A stretch of DNA of 50,013 nt. Source: Chromatiaceae bacterium (GTDB taxonomy: Bacteria; Pseudomonadota; Gammaproteobacteria; DTRM01). The position numbers and the translations under genes were made by a program. The stretch lies in NCBI GenBank assembly GCA_012965975.1, contig DTRM01000123.1, positions 1-50,013 on the forward strand, written 5' to 3'. A model generated the notes under the pieces. It saw only the letters and a program-made list of their open reading frames with translations. It ran no database searches and was not told the DNA's origin. How positions within the stretch are numbered: position 1 is the stretch's first letter; each line of letters starts with the position of its first letter. Positions 29,779 to 38,173 of this stretch are shown here, in pieces.

Positions 29779-29798
29779 GGGAGAGCTGCGCCTCTCCC
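29779..29798 (+). other. intercistronic GC stem-loop between SDMT and the BCCT transporter
   Basis: The sequence is GGGAGAG-ctgcgc-CTCTCCC, followed by a C-rich rather than U-rich run. It may be a processing, stability or partial-termination element. Confidence 0.4.
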
Positions 29799-29847
29799 CC
29801 CACGCATCCCCCATAACTTTGTAGCGCTTCGCGCCGATTGGTGAGAT

Positions 29848-31446
29848 ATGCAGGCTAAACAAGAGACAAATACCAATTGGGTTTATCGAAACCGGCACGG
29901 CAATATTGTGCTTGATTTTAATCCGGTGGTGTTTTTTTCTACGACTGCACTCATTGGCCTGTTTGTCGTACTTAGCCTGTTATACCTCGATAGCTTCTCA
30001 AGCTCAGCGAAGGACCTACAGGCATGGATTGCCAATCAAACGGGCTGGTTCTTTGTATTGATGGTTAATCTGGTACTCGGCTACTTGGTATTTCTGATGG
30101 TGGGGCGCTACGGCAAGATCCGTCTCGGCGGAGAAACCGCCACACCGGAGTTTAGCCACCTCGCGTGGATTGCCATGCTGTTTTCCGCTGGCATGGGTAT
30201 CGGCTTAATGTTCTATAGTGTCGCTGAACCCATCTACCATCTAGCCACACCACCCCATGGGGCCGAACCCGGAAGCACGGCTGCGTATAAAGACGCCATA
30301 CGCACGACCTTCCTGCATTGGGGGTTGCATGCCTGGGGCATCTACGCTTTAACCGGACTCGCACTGGCCTATTTTTCCTTTAATCGTGGACAGCCATTAA
30401 GTATTCGCGCCGTCTTTGAACCGCTGCTCGGCAATCGCATTCATGGCTTTTGGGGCCACCTCATCGATACACTGGCCAGTGTCGCCACCCTGTTTGGCGT
30501 TGCAACATCACTGGGTCTGGGAGTTTCCCAAATCAATGCCGGACTCAATCATCTTTACGATATTCCGATCGACTCCACTACTCAGATCATCCTAATTATG
30601 GGCATCACAGCGGTTGCGACATTATCTGTTGTACTGGGGCTAAATAAAGGCATCAAGCGTCTGTCCGAACTCAACATGGTGCTCGCGCTCATCCTGCTGC
30701 TGCTCGTATTTCTGGTGGGACCCACTCTGTTTATTCTCAACGGCTTCGTCGAAAATGTCGGCCTGTATCTCAACGAATTTTTCGAACTGGGTTTCTGGAA
30801 TGAAACCTACGCGCAAGGCGACTGGCAGAATGGTTGGACCGTATTTTACTGGGGCTGGTGGGCTGCGTGGGCGCCGTTCGTTGGTATGTTCATCGCACGT
30901 ATTTCTCGCGGACGCACGATACGTGAATTTATCGCCAGCGTACTGTTAGTTGCTACCGGACTGACCTTTGTCTGGCTATCCGTTTTTGGAAATTCGGCAC
31001 TGTTTATCGAACTCGTTGGACCCGGCGGATTAGTCGAAGCCGTGCAAGCCGACGTATCGCAATCCCTGTTTGTCTTTTTCGAAAAATTACCCATTGCCGT
31101 GGGATTAGATATCCCCGCTAATGCATTGCTCGCCGTGGGCACACTAGCAACGCTGGTTATCATTACTTTTTTTGTAACATCATCGGACTCTGGCTCACTA
31201 GTAATTGATATCATCACCGCCGGTGGAAGACCCAACCCACCTGTCGCACAACGCATCTACTGGGCGTCCACAGAAGGTGCCGTGGCTGCAATTCTTTTAA
31301 TCGGCGGAGGATTGAGCGCCCTGCAAACAGCAGCGATTTCAGCTGGACTTCCTTTTGCAATCCTTATTCTGCTGATGATCTACAGCCTGCAAAAAGCGTT
31401 AATGACCGATTACGCGACACTCAACCGCAGCCCCGAAAGAATATAG
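29848..31446 (+). CDS. BCCT-family betaine/carnitine/choline transporter
   Basis: This is a 532 aa protein with about 12 TM segments. It carries the BCCT signature region GWTVFYWGWWAAWAPFVGMFIARISRGRTIREF. Confidence 0.9.
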   Translation: MQAKQETNTNWVYRNRHGNIVLDFNPVVFFSTTALIGLFVVLSLLYLDSFSSSAKDLQAWIANQTGWFFVLMVNLVLGYLVFLMVGRYGKIRLGGETATPEFSHLAWIAMLFSAGMGIGLMFYSVAEPIYHLATPPHGAEPGSTAAYKDAIRTTFLHWGLHAWGIYALTGLALAYFSFNRGQPLSIRAVFEPLLGNRIHGFWGHLIDTLASVATLFGVATSLGLGVSQINAGLNHLYDIPIDSTTQIILIMGITAVATLSVVLGLNKGIKRLSELNMVLALILLLLVFLVGPTLFILNGFVENVGLYLNEFFELGFWNETYAQGDWQNGWTVFYWGWWAAWAPFVGMFIARISRGRTIREFIASVLLVATGLTFVWLSVFGNSALFIELVGPGGLVEAVQADVSQSLFVFFEKLPIAVGLDIPANALLAVGTLATLVIITFFVTSSDSGSLVIDIITAGGRPNPPVAQRIYWASTEGAVAAILLIGGGLSALQTAAISAGLPFAILILLMIYSLQKALMTDYATLNRSPERI

Positions 31447-31486
31447 AAGCCCACCTAAAGCAGGGCGACATTTACCGAAGCTAAAC

Positions 31487-32356
31487 TTATTCCAAATTTT
31501 GTACCTGTTCCCGCATCTGCTCGATCAACACCTTCATCTCCACTGCACTTTTGGTGGTTTCACTGTCAGAGGATTTCGAGCTCAGTGTGTTCGCCTCACG
31601 ATTAAATTCCTGCATCAGGAAATCAAGGCGACGACCAATGGGCTCGCCCGAGACCAGTACAGAACGAGTCTCCACCAAGTGTGAGCGAAGACGTTCGAGT
31701 TCTTCGTCGACATCAAGTCGTTGTGCCAACATCACCATCTCCTGCTCCAACCGACCCGGGTCCGCACTGACATCCAGATCCGCCAAGCGTTTATTCAGCC
31801 GCTCGCGCAGATGCGCCAATACCTCTACCCGCCTCTCGGCTACCCGCTCAACTTCGTTGGCCAGCGCCTCACAGCGACTGCTGATCACCGCCCCCATACG
31901 CCCACCTTCACGCTCGCGTGCAGCGATAAAATCATCTAACGTCTGCTGCAGCAACTCCATCGCATCGGCGTGCGCCACGCTCATGTCCGGGGCCTCAGCA
32001 GTTACTACATCGGGCCAGCGCAATATATCCATCGGTGACAACGATTGTGACACATGCATCTGCACCTCAACCTCGGCCACCGCCTTCAACACACCTTCGA
32101 CCAGACTCTGGTTAACACGCAGACCCGAAGCTGCGCCTGCGGCTGGTTTAAAACGCAAACCGGCATCGACCTTACCGCGACCCAAAGCGTTGGTCATGAG
32201 ATCGCGAAACTTGGGCTCCAGCACGCGGAAATCATCCGGCACTCGCAGACCCACCTCCAGATAGCGATGGTTAACCGAACGCAACTCCCAGGTAATTGAC
32301 CCCCACTCGGCTTGCAACTCCTGCCGCGAGAACGCGGTCATGCTCTTAATTGTCAT
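31487..32356 (-). CDS. yicC: YicC-family stress-induced protein
   Basis: MTIKSMTAFSR......G...WELRSVNHRYLE......P is followed by C-terminal DV.EE..RL.SH......L......GRRLDFLMQEFNREANTL.SKS. The start is set at the ATG, not the upstream TTG. Confidence 0.85.
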   Translation of the reverse strand: MTIKSMTAFSRQELQAEWGSITWELRSVNHRYLEVGLRVPDDFRVLEPKFRDLMTNALGRGKVDAGLRFKPAAGAASGLRVNQSLVEGVLKAVAEVEVQMHVSQSLSPMDILRWPDVVTAEAPDMSVAHADAMELLQQTLDDFIAAREREGGRMGAVISSRCEALANEVERVAERRVEVLAHLRERLNKRLADLDVSADPGRLEQEMVMLAQRLDVDEELERLRSHLVETRSVLVSGEPIGRRLDFLMQEFNREANTLSSKSSDSETTKSAVEMKVLIEQMREQVQNLE

Positions 32357-32458
32357 AAGTGATACCCGGCAAACCAAAAGTCGGCGAATTAATTACAGCG
32401 CACTAGTATACTAGCTTCCTTCCGAAAGCTTTGTTTAATCTACTCAGGAATCCGCCTA

Positions 32459-33175
32459 ATGAGACCCAGCGGCCGCAACCCCAATCAGTTACGCGACTTT
32501 ACCATCACTCGAAACTACACCATGCACGCGGAGGGATCAGTGCTCGTCGAGTTCGGCAATACCAAGGTGCTGTGCACCGCCAGCGCAGAAGAACGAGTAC
32601 CACCATGGATGCGCGGCAAGGGCGAGGGCTGGGTCACCGCCGAATACGGCATGCTGCCTAGGTCAACCACCGACCGCATGCGGCGCGAGGCCAGCGCCGG
32701 CAAGCAGGGCGGGCGCACGGTCGAGATTCAACGCCTGATCGGGCGCTCACTGCGTGCTGCGATCGACTTCAAACTGTTGGGCGAAATTTCCATCACCATT
32801 GACTGCGATGTAATTCAGGCCGATGGCGGCACGCGCACCGCATCCATCACCGGTGGTTACGTTGCGCTGGCTGACGCGGTGAACGTATTAATGAAGCGCG
32901 GTGCAATCAAGACCAATCCACTGTTGGGACACGTGGCCGCCATTTCGGTGGGTATCTACAACGGCACCCCGGTACTGGATCTCGATTACGCCGAGGACTC
33001 CAATGCAGAAACCGACATGAACGTAATCATGAACGACAACGGGGATTTTATTGAGGTTCAGGGAACTGCCGAGGGACATGCCTTTTCTCGCGACGAGCTC
33101 AACTCGCTACTGGATCTGGCCAGTGATGGCATTGAAACCATTATCACCCATCAACGCGACGTCTTGGCTGGCTAA
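32459..33175 (+). CDS. rph: ribonuclease PH
   Basis: MRPSGR...QLR...[29 protein letters not shown]...[38 protein letters not shown] is canonical RNase PH. Confidence 0.95.
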   Translation: MRPSGRNPNQLRDFTITRNYTMHAEGSVLVEFGNTKVLCTASAEERVPPWMRGKGEGWVTAEYGMLPRSTTDRMRREASAGKQGGRTVEIQRLIGRSLRAAIDFKLLGEISITIDCDVIQADGGTRTASITGGYVALADAVNVLMKRGAIKTNPLLGHVAAISVGIYNGTPVLDLDYAEDSNAETDMNVIMNDNGDFIEVQGTAEGHAFSRDELNSLLDLASDGIETIITHQRDVLAG

Positions 33176-33789
33176 TGTCCACTCAGGATAATCGCATCGT
33201 GCTGGCTACCGGGAATCGGGGCAAGGTTCGCGAGCTGGGCGAAATGGTTGCTTCACTGTCGCTGCAAATTATTCCGCAATCGGAGTTTGATATCGCCGAG
33301 GTTCCTGAAACCGGCACCACCTTCGTCGAGAACGCGATCATCAAGGCCCGCCACGCCGCACAATGCAGTAGCCTGCCCGCCATCGCCGATGACTCGGGTC
33401 TTGAAGTCGATGCGCTTCGCGGCGCACCGGGGATTTATTCCGCTCGCTTTGCCGGCGACAACGCCAGCGATACGGATAACCTGCAGAAACTGCTGCGTGA
33501 TATAGACCATGTGCCCGACGACCAGCGTGGCGCGCGCTTTCAATGCGTGCTGGTGTATATGCAACATGCCGGTGACCCAACACCCATCATTTGTCAGGGA
33601 ACCTGGGAAGGAAGCATCCTGCGCACCGCCCAAGGCAACAACGGCTTCGGATACGACCCGGTTTTTTTAGTGCCCAGCAAAAACTGTTCCTCAGCGGAAC
33701 TGACACCCGAGGTAAAAAATCAGCTAAGCCACCGTGGGCAGGCGTTACGAAAACTCATCACTACCCTGCAACGGGATCGCGTCCTCTGA
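33175..33789 (+). CDS. rdgB: dITP/XTP pyrophosphatase (non-canonical purine NTP pyrophosphatase)
   Basis: IVLATGN.GKVREL...L........Q.......ETG.TF.ENA.IKARHAA, ADDSGLEVDAL.GAPG.YSAR, FGYDP.F and SHRG.A match the RdgB/HAM1 family. Confidence 0.9.
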   Translation: MSTQDNRIVLATGNRGKVRELGEMVASLSLQIIPQSEFDIAEVPETGTTFVENAIIKARHAAQCSSLPAIADDSGLEVDALRGAPGIYSARFAGDNASDTDNLQKLLRDIDHVPDDQRGARFQCVLVYMQHAGDPTPIICQGTWEGSILRTAQGNNGFGYDPVFLVPSKNCSSAELTPEVKNQLSHRGQALRKLITTLQRDRVL

Positions 33790-34961
33790 ACTCGCTGTCA
33801 CTGCCACCGCTATCGCTGTATGTGCATCTGCCATGGTGTGTGCATAAATGCCCCTACTGCGATTTTAACTCGCACGAATATTCTGGCGACCTCCCCGAAG
33901 CTCAATACATCGATGCATTGATCATCGATCTTGAGCAGGCCATCGATAGCGCGCAGGGGCGCAGCCTGACGAGTATTTTTATCGGCGGTGGCACGCCTAG
34001 CCTGTTTAGCGCCCATGCGATCGATCGCCTGCTCAGCGCGATTGCGGCGACCCCACTGCGGAATCCGGAGGCAGAAGTCACGCTGGAGGCAAATCCAGGC
34101 ACGCTGGAAGCCGGACGCTTTCGCGACTATCGACAAGCTGGAGTTAATCGCCTGTCGATCGGTGTGCAAAGTTTCGATGATGACTTACTGCAACGACTCG
34201 GCCGCATCCATTCCTCGCGGCAGGCGATAGCGGCCATCGAGTCGGCCCAAGACGCGGGTTTTGAACGCATCAACATTGATGTCATGTATGGGCTACCCGG
34301 GCAAACCGCGCAGCAGGGTGAATCCGATATACAACAGGCTCTGGCGCTGGAACCGGGACACCTCTCCTACTATCAACTCACTCTGGAACCCAATACCCTG
34401 TTTCACCATCAACCACCCGCACTGCCAACCGATGAACTCATTGGCGATATCGAGTCCAACGCTCGGTCACAACTCGGCCAAGCCGGATATCAGCAATATG
34501 AGGTATCGGCCTTTTCCCACCCTAGACAGGCGAGCCTGCACAATCTGAATTACTGGCAGTTTGGCGACTACATCGGCATCGGTGCCGGCGCGCACGCCAA
34601 ACTCACCTTCCCCGAGCGGGATGAAATTCAGCGCTACAGCCGTATCCGCCAGCCACAAGCCTATTTGCAGGCGAGTTCCACGACCGTCAGCGACTCTAAT
34701 TTGGTACCGGATCAAGATCGGCTATTCGAATTCATGCTCAATGCCCTGCGCCTGCGCGACGGCTTCTCCATCGAATTACTGTCAGAACGGACCGGATTGC
34801 CGACTGCTGAGGTCGCGTCACAGCTACAATCCAGATTGTCGCAGGGATTGCTCGCGCAATCCGCGCCGCACCACTATCGACCCACCGCGCTGGGCTGGCG
34901 CTATTTGAATGACCTTCAGTCCAGTTTTCTACCCAACGATCCCGGGTTGACGGCGGGGTAA
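33786..34961 (+). CDS. hemW: radical SAM heme chaperone HemW (coproporphyrinogen III oxidase-like); start codon unresolved
   Basis: LPPLSLYVHLPWCVHKCPYCDFNSH (CxxxCxxC) is followed by FIGGGTPSL, RLSIGVQSF and the HemN_C-like end. No ATG, GTG or TTG lies in frame between 33591 (199 nt inside rdgB) and GTG 33822, which would cut the conserved LPPLSLY. The coordinate given is the CTG that overlaps the rdgB stop (CTGA). Confidence 0.8.
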   Translation: MNSLSLPPLSLYVHLPWCVHKCPYCDFNSHEYSGDLPEAQYIDALIIDLEQAIDSAQGRSLTSIFIGGGTPSLFSAHAIDRLLSAIAATPLRNPEAEVTLEANPGTLEAGRFRDYRQAGVNRLSIGVQSFDDDLLQRLGRIHSSRQAIAAIESAQDAGFERINIDVMYGLPGQTAQQGESDIQQALALEPGHLSYYQLTLEPNTLFHHQPPALPTDELIGDIESNARSQLGQAGYQQYEVSAFSHPRQASLHNLNYWQFGDYIGIGAGAHAKLTFPERDEIQRYSRIRQPQAYLQASSTTVSDSNLVPDQDRLFEFMLNALRLRDGFSIELLSERTGLPTAEVASQLQSRLSQGLLAQSAPHHYRPTALGWRYLNDLQSSFLPNDPGLTAG

Positions 34962-35190
34962 GGTTTTCCGACCCAATCACGCGGTAATCCAGACCTGAGA
35001 TGGCGACTCTGCTTATTCACAGCCGCCATCGCCCACTGGCGAGTGCTATTGGAGGTATTCCAACGATCCCGCATATGACCCAACGACCTTATTAACCTAT
35101 TGATTTTTTGCTGTTTATCGCCCTACCCCCTGTCTTTACGGAAACGCGTTTCTGCGGAGGAATCGGCCACCTAGGGAGCCTCTATGGATT

Positions 35191-35225
35191 TCATCCACAG
35201 AGTTATCCACAGAACCTGTGGATGA
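35191..35225. promoter_or_regulatory. cluster of three DnaA-box-like 9-mers (two direct, one inverted)
   Basis: The boxes are TCATCCACA (35191-35199), TTATCCACA (35203-35211, an exact match to the TTATNCACA consensus) and TGTGGATGA (35217-35225, the reverse complement of TCATCCACA). The last two form the palindrome ATCCACAG-aac-CTGTGGAT. Confidence 0.5.
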
Positions 35226-35464
35226 AATTATTTCCGGCCCAAAACAATTACTTAGGGCATGGATAAGAACGTCCAGCATGGCCGTAGGTCTAATCAATCG
35301 GTGGGTTCACCATGCGCATCGCACAAACCGGGGCAATCAGGCGTAACTCGCTGAATCAAGTCAGAATATTTTACAATCGATGTCAATGTCGGTCCCTCAG
35401 CGGATCGACTAGCTCTATAAGTTTGATATATGAATCAATGAGATAACACATACATCTGGGGTTT

Positions 35465-35480
35465 TGGCGCGCGACTTGCA
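35465..35480 (+). promoter_or_regulatory. candidate sigma-54 (-24/-12) promoter facing the DUF3135 gene
   Basis: The sequence is TGGCGC-gcgac-TTGCA against the consensus TGGCAC-N5-TTGCW. The GG and GC dinucleotides have the exact 10-nt spacing. It lies about 108 nt upstream of the ATG at 35588. Confidence 0.5.
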
Positions 35481-35587
35481 TAGTTAACTGTGCAATGCCC
35501 GGAGCGGACCCGTCGAATCCACCGTGTCATCCCTGTGTAATCGGGATGACCTCGGAGTCCAGGCAGGACCTATGAGGAAAAACGGTT

Positions 35588-35995
35588 ATGACTGATATCA
35601 CCCGAACAGGGTTTGATTTTGATGAGTGGGCCAAACTGGCCGAGTCCGATCCGAAAGCCTTTGAAAAGCGTCGTGAAGTCCTAATATCCGCAACCATTGA
35701 TCAGGCACCAGAGGCCCGCAGACAGCGGCTTCGGGGGCTACAATGGCGCGTTGATCAGGTTCGGCGCAGGGCTAGCACACCGCTGGGGGCGTGTGTGCAA
35801 ATTTCGGAAATGCTGTGGGATTCGGTTACTGGTCCAGATGGACTCGTCAACGCTCTGGATCGGCTGGGCCGGGTCGTCGGTGGCGACGATCTTGATATAA
35901 AGCCGGTTGTAACCGCAAAAGTCCTGTCACTGGAGCCGCTGATGGATGGATCATCCGACACGCGGTCCGCTCAAGGGCAAACCCAACCGTCCTGA
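35588..35995 (+). CDS. DUF3135-family protein
   Basis: FDFDEWAKLAESDPKAFEKRREVLISATIDQAPEARRQRLRGLQWRVDQVRRRASTPLGACVQISEMLW resembles the DUF3135 pattern (FDEW..LA..DP.AFE......I......RL.GLQ..ID) recalled from memory. An AGGA SD-like sequence lies upstream. Confidence 0.6.
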   Translation: MTDITRTGFDFDEWAKLAESDPKAFEKRREVLISATIDQAPEARRQRLRGLQWRVDQVRRRASTPLGACVQISEMLWDSVTGPDGLVNALDRLGRVVGGDDLDIKPVVTAKVLSLEPLMDGSSDTRSAQGQTQPS

Positions 35996-36015
35996 ACACC
36001 CGTTCGGGACATAAT

Positions 36016-36037
36016 CTGTCAGGTGCTTGCCTGACAG
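36016..36037 (+). terminator. stem-loop downstream of the DUF3135 gene (weak terminator candidate)
   Basis: CTGTCAGG-tgcttg-CCTGACAG is a perfect 8-bp stem. It lies 21 nt after the stop and is followed by ATGGGTTTGG, a poor U-tract. Confidence 0.4.
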
Positions 36038-36102
36038 ATGGGTTTGGCCTAAAATGCCCGGCTCCGGGTTAATCCCTCCACGATCTGATGTGAGTTTGAA
36101 AA

Positions 36103-36303
36103 ATGAAACAGGGCACTCATCCTGACTACAAGGAAATCACGGTTTCCTGCGGCTGTGGTAACAGCTTTGTGACGCGTTCGACTCTTTGTGAAGATCTGAG
36201 CGTTGAAGTCTGCTCATCCTGCCATCCGTTTTACACGGGCAAGCAGAAGCTGGTTGATACGGCGGGCCGTGTCGACAAATTTCGCAAAAAATACGGCAAA
36301 TAA
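36103..36303 (+). CDS. rpmE: 50S ribosomal protein L31 (zinc-binding type A)
   Basis: [27 protein letters not shown]......[32 protein letters not shown] is canonical L31 with the CxC...CxxC pattern. Confidence 0.95.
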   Translation: MKQGTHPDYKEITVSCGCGNSFVTRSTLCEDLSVEVCSSCHPFYTGKQKLVDTAGRVDKFRKKYGK

Positions 36304-37135
36304 CCCCCTGTCTGACGGCGCCTTCACAGGCATTCGTTACCCCCTGAAATTCGCCCTCGTACTATCGTGCCTGCTGCTGTCGCGTTCGGCACTGGCATCA
36401 TCTGCGTGTGCGCTTGAAACCACCGAGCAAACGCATAAGACTCACCAAACCAATCTGGTCCGCGTGCAGCGCGTGGTCGATGGCGACACCATCTGGCTCA
36501 CCGATGGTCGCAAGGTTCGCATCATCGGTATCGACACCCCCGAGCTCGGCCATCAAAAGGCTCCCGACGAACCGCTCGCCCGCAAGGCCAGCACTGCATT
36601 GCGTGATCTGCTTGAACAGGCAGGGAATCAGGTGATCCTGCGTGCGGACATCGAGGCAAAAGATCGCTACCAACGTGATCTGGCGCACGTCTACCTCAGC
36701 GACGGCACCAATTTAAGCGCCTGGCAACTGCAAGCGGGGCACGCCAGCGTCATGCTGATCCCGCCCAATACCCGGAACCTCGATTGCTATCTTGATATCG
36801 AGCAGCTAGCACGACAGCAACGCGCGGGGATTTGGGCGCTGCCGCAGCACAAGATTCTTGACGCGGCATCCTTGCCCGACGACAGCCACGGTTTTCACAT
36901 TATCCACGCAAAGATTGAGCGCATAAGCTATGGTGGGGGGGCAACCTGGATAAATCTCGTCGGCGGTATGAGCCTTCAGGTTCGCGACAGTGATGGTCAC
37001 TATTTCGACCCGGGCTGGGCGCAAAAACTGCGGGGCGTAAACATCGAAGCGCGTGGGTTTATCTACCGCAGTCGTGGGCAGTGGCGAATGCGTCTGCGAC
37101 ACCCGCTCAGCATCAAGACAACGAATGCCCGCTGA
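36269..37135 (+). CDS. secreted thermonuclease (SNase)-family nuclease with a roughly 100 aa C-terminal extension; start uncertain
   Basis: A signal-like segment ([18 protein letters not shown]) is followed by [23 protein letters not shown]....[14 protein letters not shown] and [22 protein letters not shown]. Candidate starts are GTG 36269 (overlaps the rpmE end), CTG 36344 and ATG 36203 (100 nt inside rpmE). Confidence 0.7.
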   Translation: MSTNFAKNTANNPLSDGAFTGIRYPLKFALVLSCLLLSRSALASSACALETTEQTHKTHQTNLVRVQRVVDGDTIWLTDGRKVRIIGIDTPELGHQKAPDEPLARKASTALRDLLEQAGNQVILRADIEAKDRYQRDLAHVYLSDGTNLSAWQLQAGHASVMLIPPNTRNLDCYLDIEQLARQQRAGIWALPQHKILDAASLPDDSHGFHIIHAKIERISYGGGATWINLVGGMSLQVRDSDGHYFDPGWAQKLRGVNIEARGFIYRSRGQWRMRLRHPLSIKTTNAR

Positions 37136-37232
37136 GCAACATGGCGGATGCGCGTTCGGAATGTAATAATAGCTCGTTCCGAGCCCAGCTCGGATACCGG
37201 CCGCAACGACAAGAATAATTTTAGGAGTTCCA

Positions 37233-38153
37233 ATGCAGAAAATTGCGATCATTGGCGCAGGAAGAGTAGGAGAGGCCTCCGCACAGTTTATTGCCGCCGG
37301 GCGCCTGTGTCGGGAGATTGCGCTGGTCGACATCCATGATGGACCACCGAAAGGTGTCGCGCTTGATCTTCAGCAAACTGGCCTAGTACTGGATTCCGAC
37401 ACCCATCTCAGCGGGTCCAGCGATTACGCGTCGATTGCAGGCGCGGGACTGGTTATCGTTACCGCCGGGCTTCCACGCAAGCCCGGTATGTCGAGATCCG
37501 ATGTACTCGAAAGCAACGTACAGATACTTGACTCGGTGGTTGAACAGGTCATGCGGTATGCACCCGACAGCATGCTTCTGATTGTCAGCAACCCGGTCGA
37601 TGTGCTCACCTATCGCGCATGGAAAAAGACCGGCTGGGCGCGCAACCGCATTTTTGGTCAAGCCGGCATTCTGGATTCGTCGCGCATGGCGGCCTTCATA
37701 GCGAGCGAGACCGGCTTGTCGATCAGCGATATCACGACCATGGTGCTGGGCGGGCACGGTGACAATATGGTGCCCCTGCCACGTTACTGCACCATTAACG
37801 GTGTGCCGATCAGCCACTTCATTGAAACCAAGCGTCTCGATGAAATCATCCAGCGCACCCGTGATGGTGGCGCCGAGATTTTGGGTCTGCGACAAAACAG
37901 CAGCGCGTACGACGCGCCCGGCGTCGCCGTCACTGCGATGGTTGAATCCATCGTGCTTGACCGCAAACGTCTGCTGCCCTGTGTCGCGCTGCTCGATGGT
38001 GAGTTTTCGCAGTCGGATATCGCCATCGGCGTGCCCTGCGTACTCGGGCGTAATGGCGTTGAGCGCGTGGTTGATCTCGACCTCGACGATGACGAGCGTG
38101 CGAACTTTGAACATTCGGTCGCCTCGCTGCGCACCGACATGGCGTTGCTGTAG
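37233..38153 (+). CDS. mdh: malate dehydrogenase (LDH-like, NAD-dependent)
   Basis: [32 protein letters not shown] (Arg at the substrate-specificity position), IVSNPVD, GVLDS.R and GGHGD.MVPL are present. The protein is 306 aa. Confidence 0.9.
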   Translation: MQKIAIIGAGRVGEASAQFIAAGRLCREIALVDIHDGPPKGVALDLQQTGLVLDSDTHLSGSSDYASIAGAGLVIVTAGLPRKPGMSRSDVLESNVQILDSVVEQVMRYAPDSMLLIVSNPVDVLTYRAWKKTGWARNRIFGQAGILDSSRMAAFIASETGLSISDITTMVLGGHGDNMVPLPRYCTINGVPISHFIETKRLDEIIQRTRDGGAEILGLRQNSSAYDAPGVAVTAMVESIVLDRKRLLPCVALLDGEFSQSDIAIGVPCVLGRNGVERVVDLDLDDDERANFEHSVASLRTDMALL

Positions 38154-38173
38154 CAACGACCAGGAGACCACCC

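Noticed and set aside
33591-33785. The ORF-track start (ATG 33591) for hemW
   Set aside because: It would overlap rdgB by 199 nt in another frame and would add a basic 65-aa extension not seen in HemW proteins I know. I kept it only as an alternative.
34962-35587. Chromosomal replication origin (oriC), suggested by the DnaA boxes and an AT-rich patch at about 35090-35125
   Set aside because: There are only three boxes and only two GATC sites in the gap. There are no repeated AT-rich 13-mer unwinding elements. The flanking genes (hemW, DUF3135, rpmE) are not typical origin neighbours. A DnaA-regulatory or titration site, or an activator UAS, fits better.
37383-38171. A 262-aa ORF antisense to mdh. 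Similar long antisense ORFs occur at 40949-41626 in mrcA, 31551-32264 in yicC, 12526-13098 in mpl, 8168-8710 in the sigma-54 activator and 5637-6074 in thiD.
   Set aside because: These are shadow ORFs typical of GC-rich coding DNA. The opposite strand carries unmistakable conserved proteins in each case. The antisense translations are Arg/Pro/Ala-rich low-complexity sequence with no motifs.
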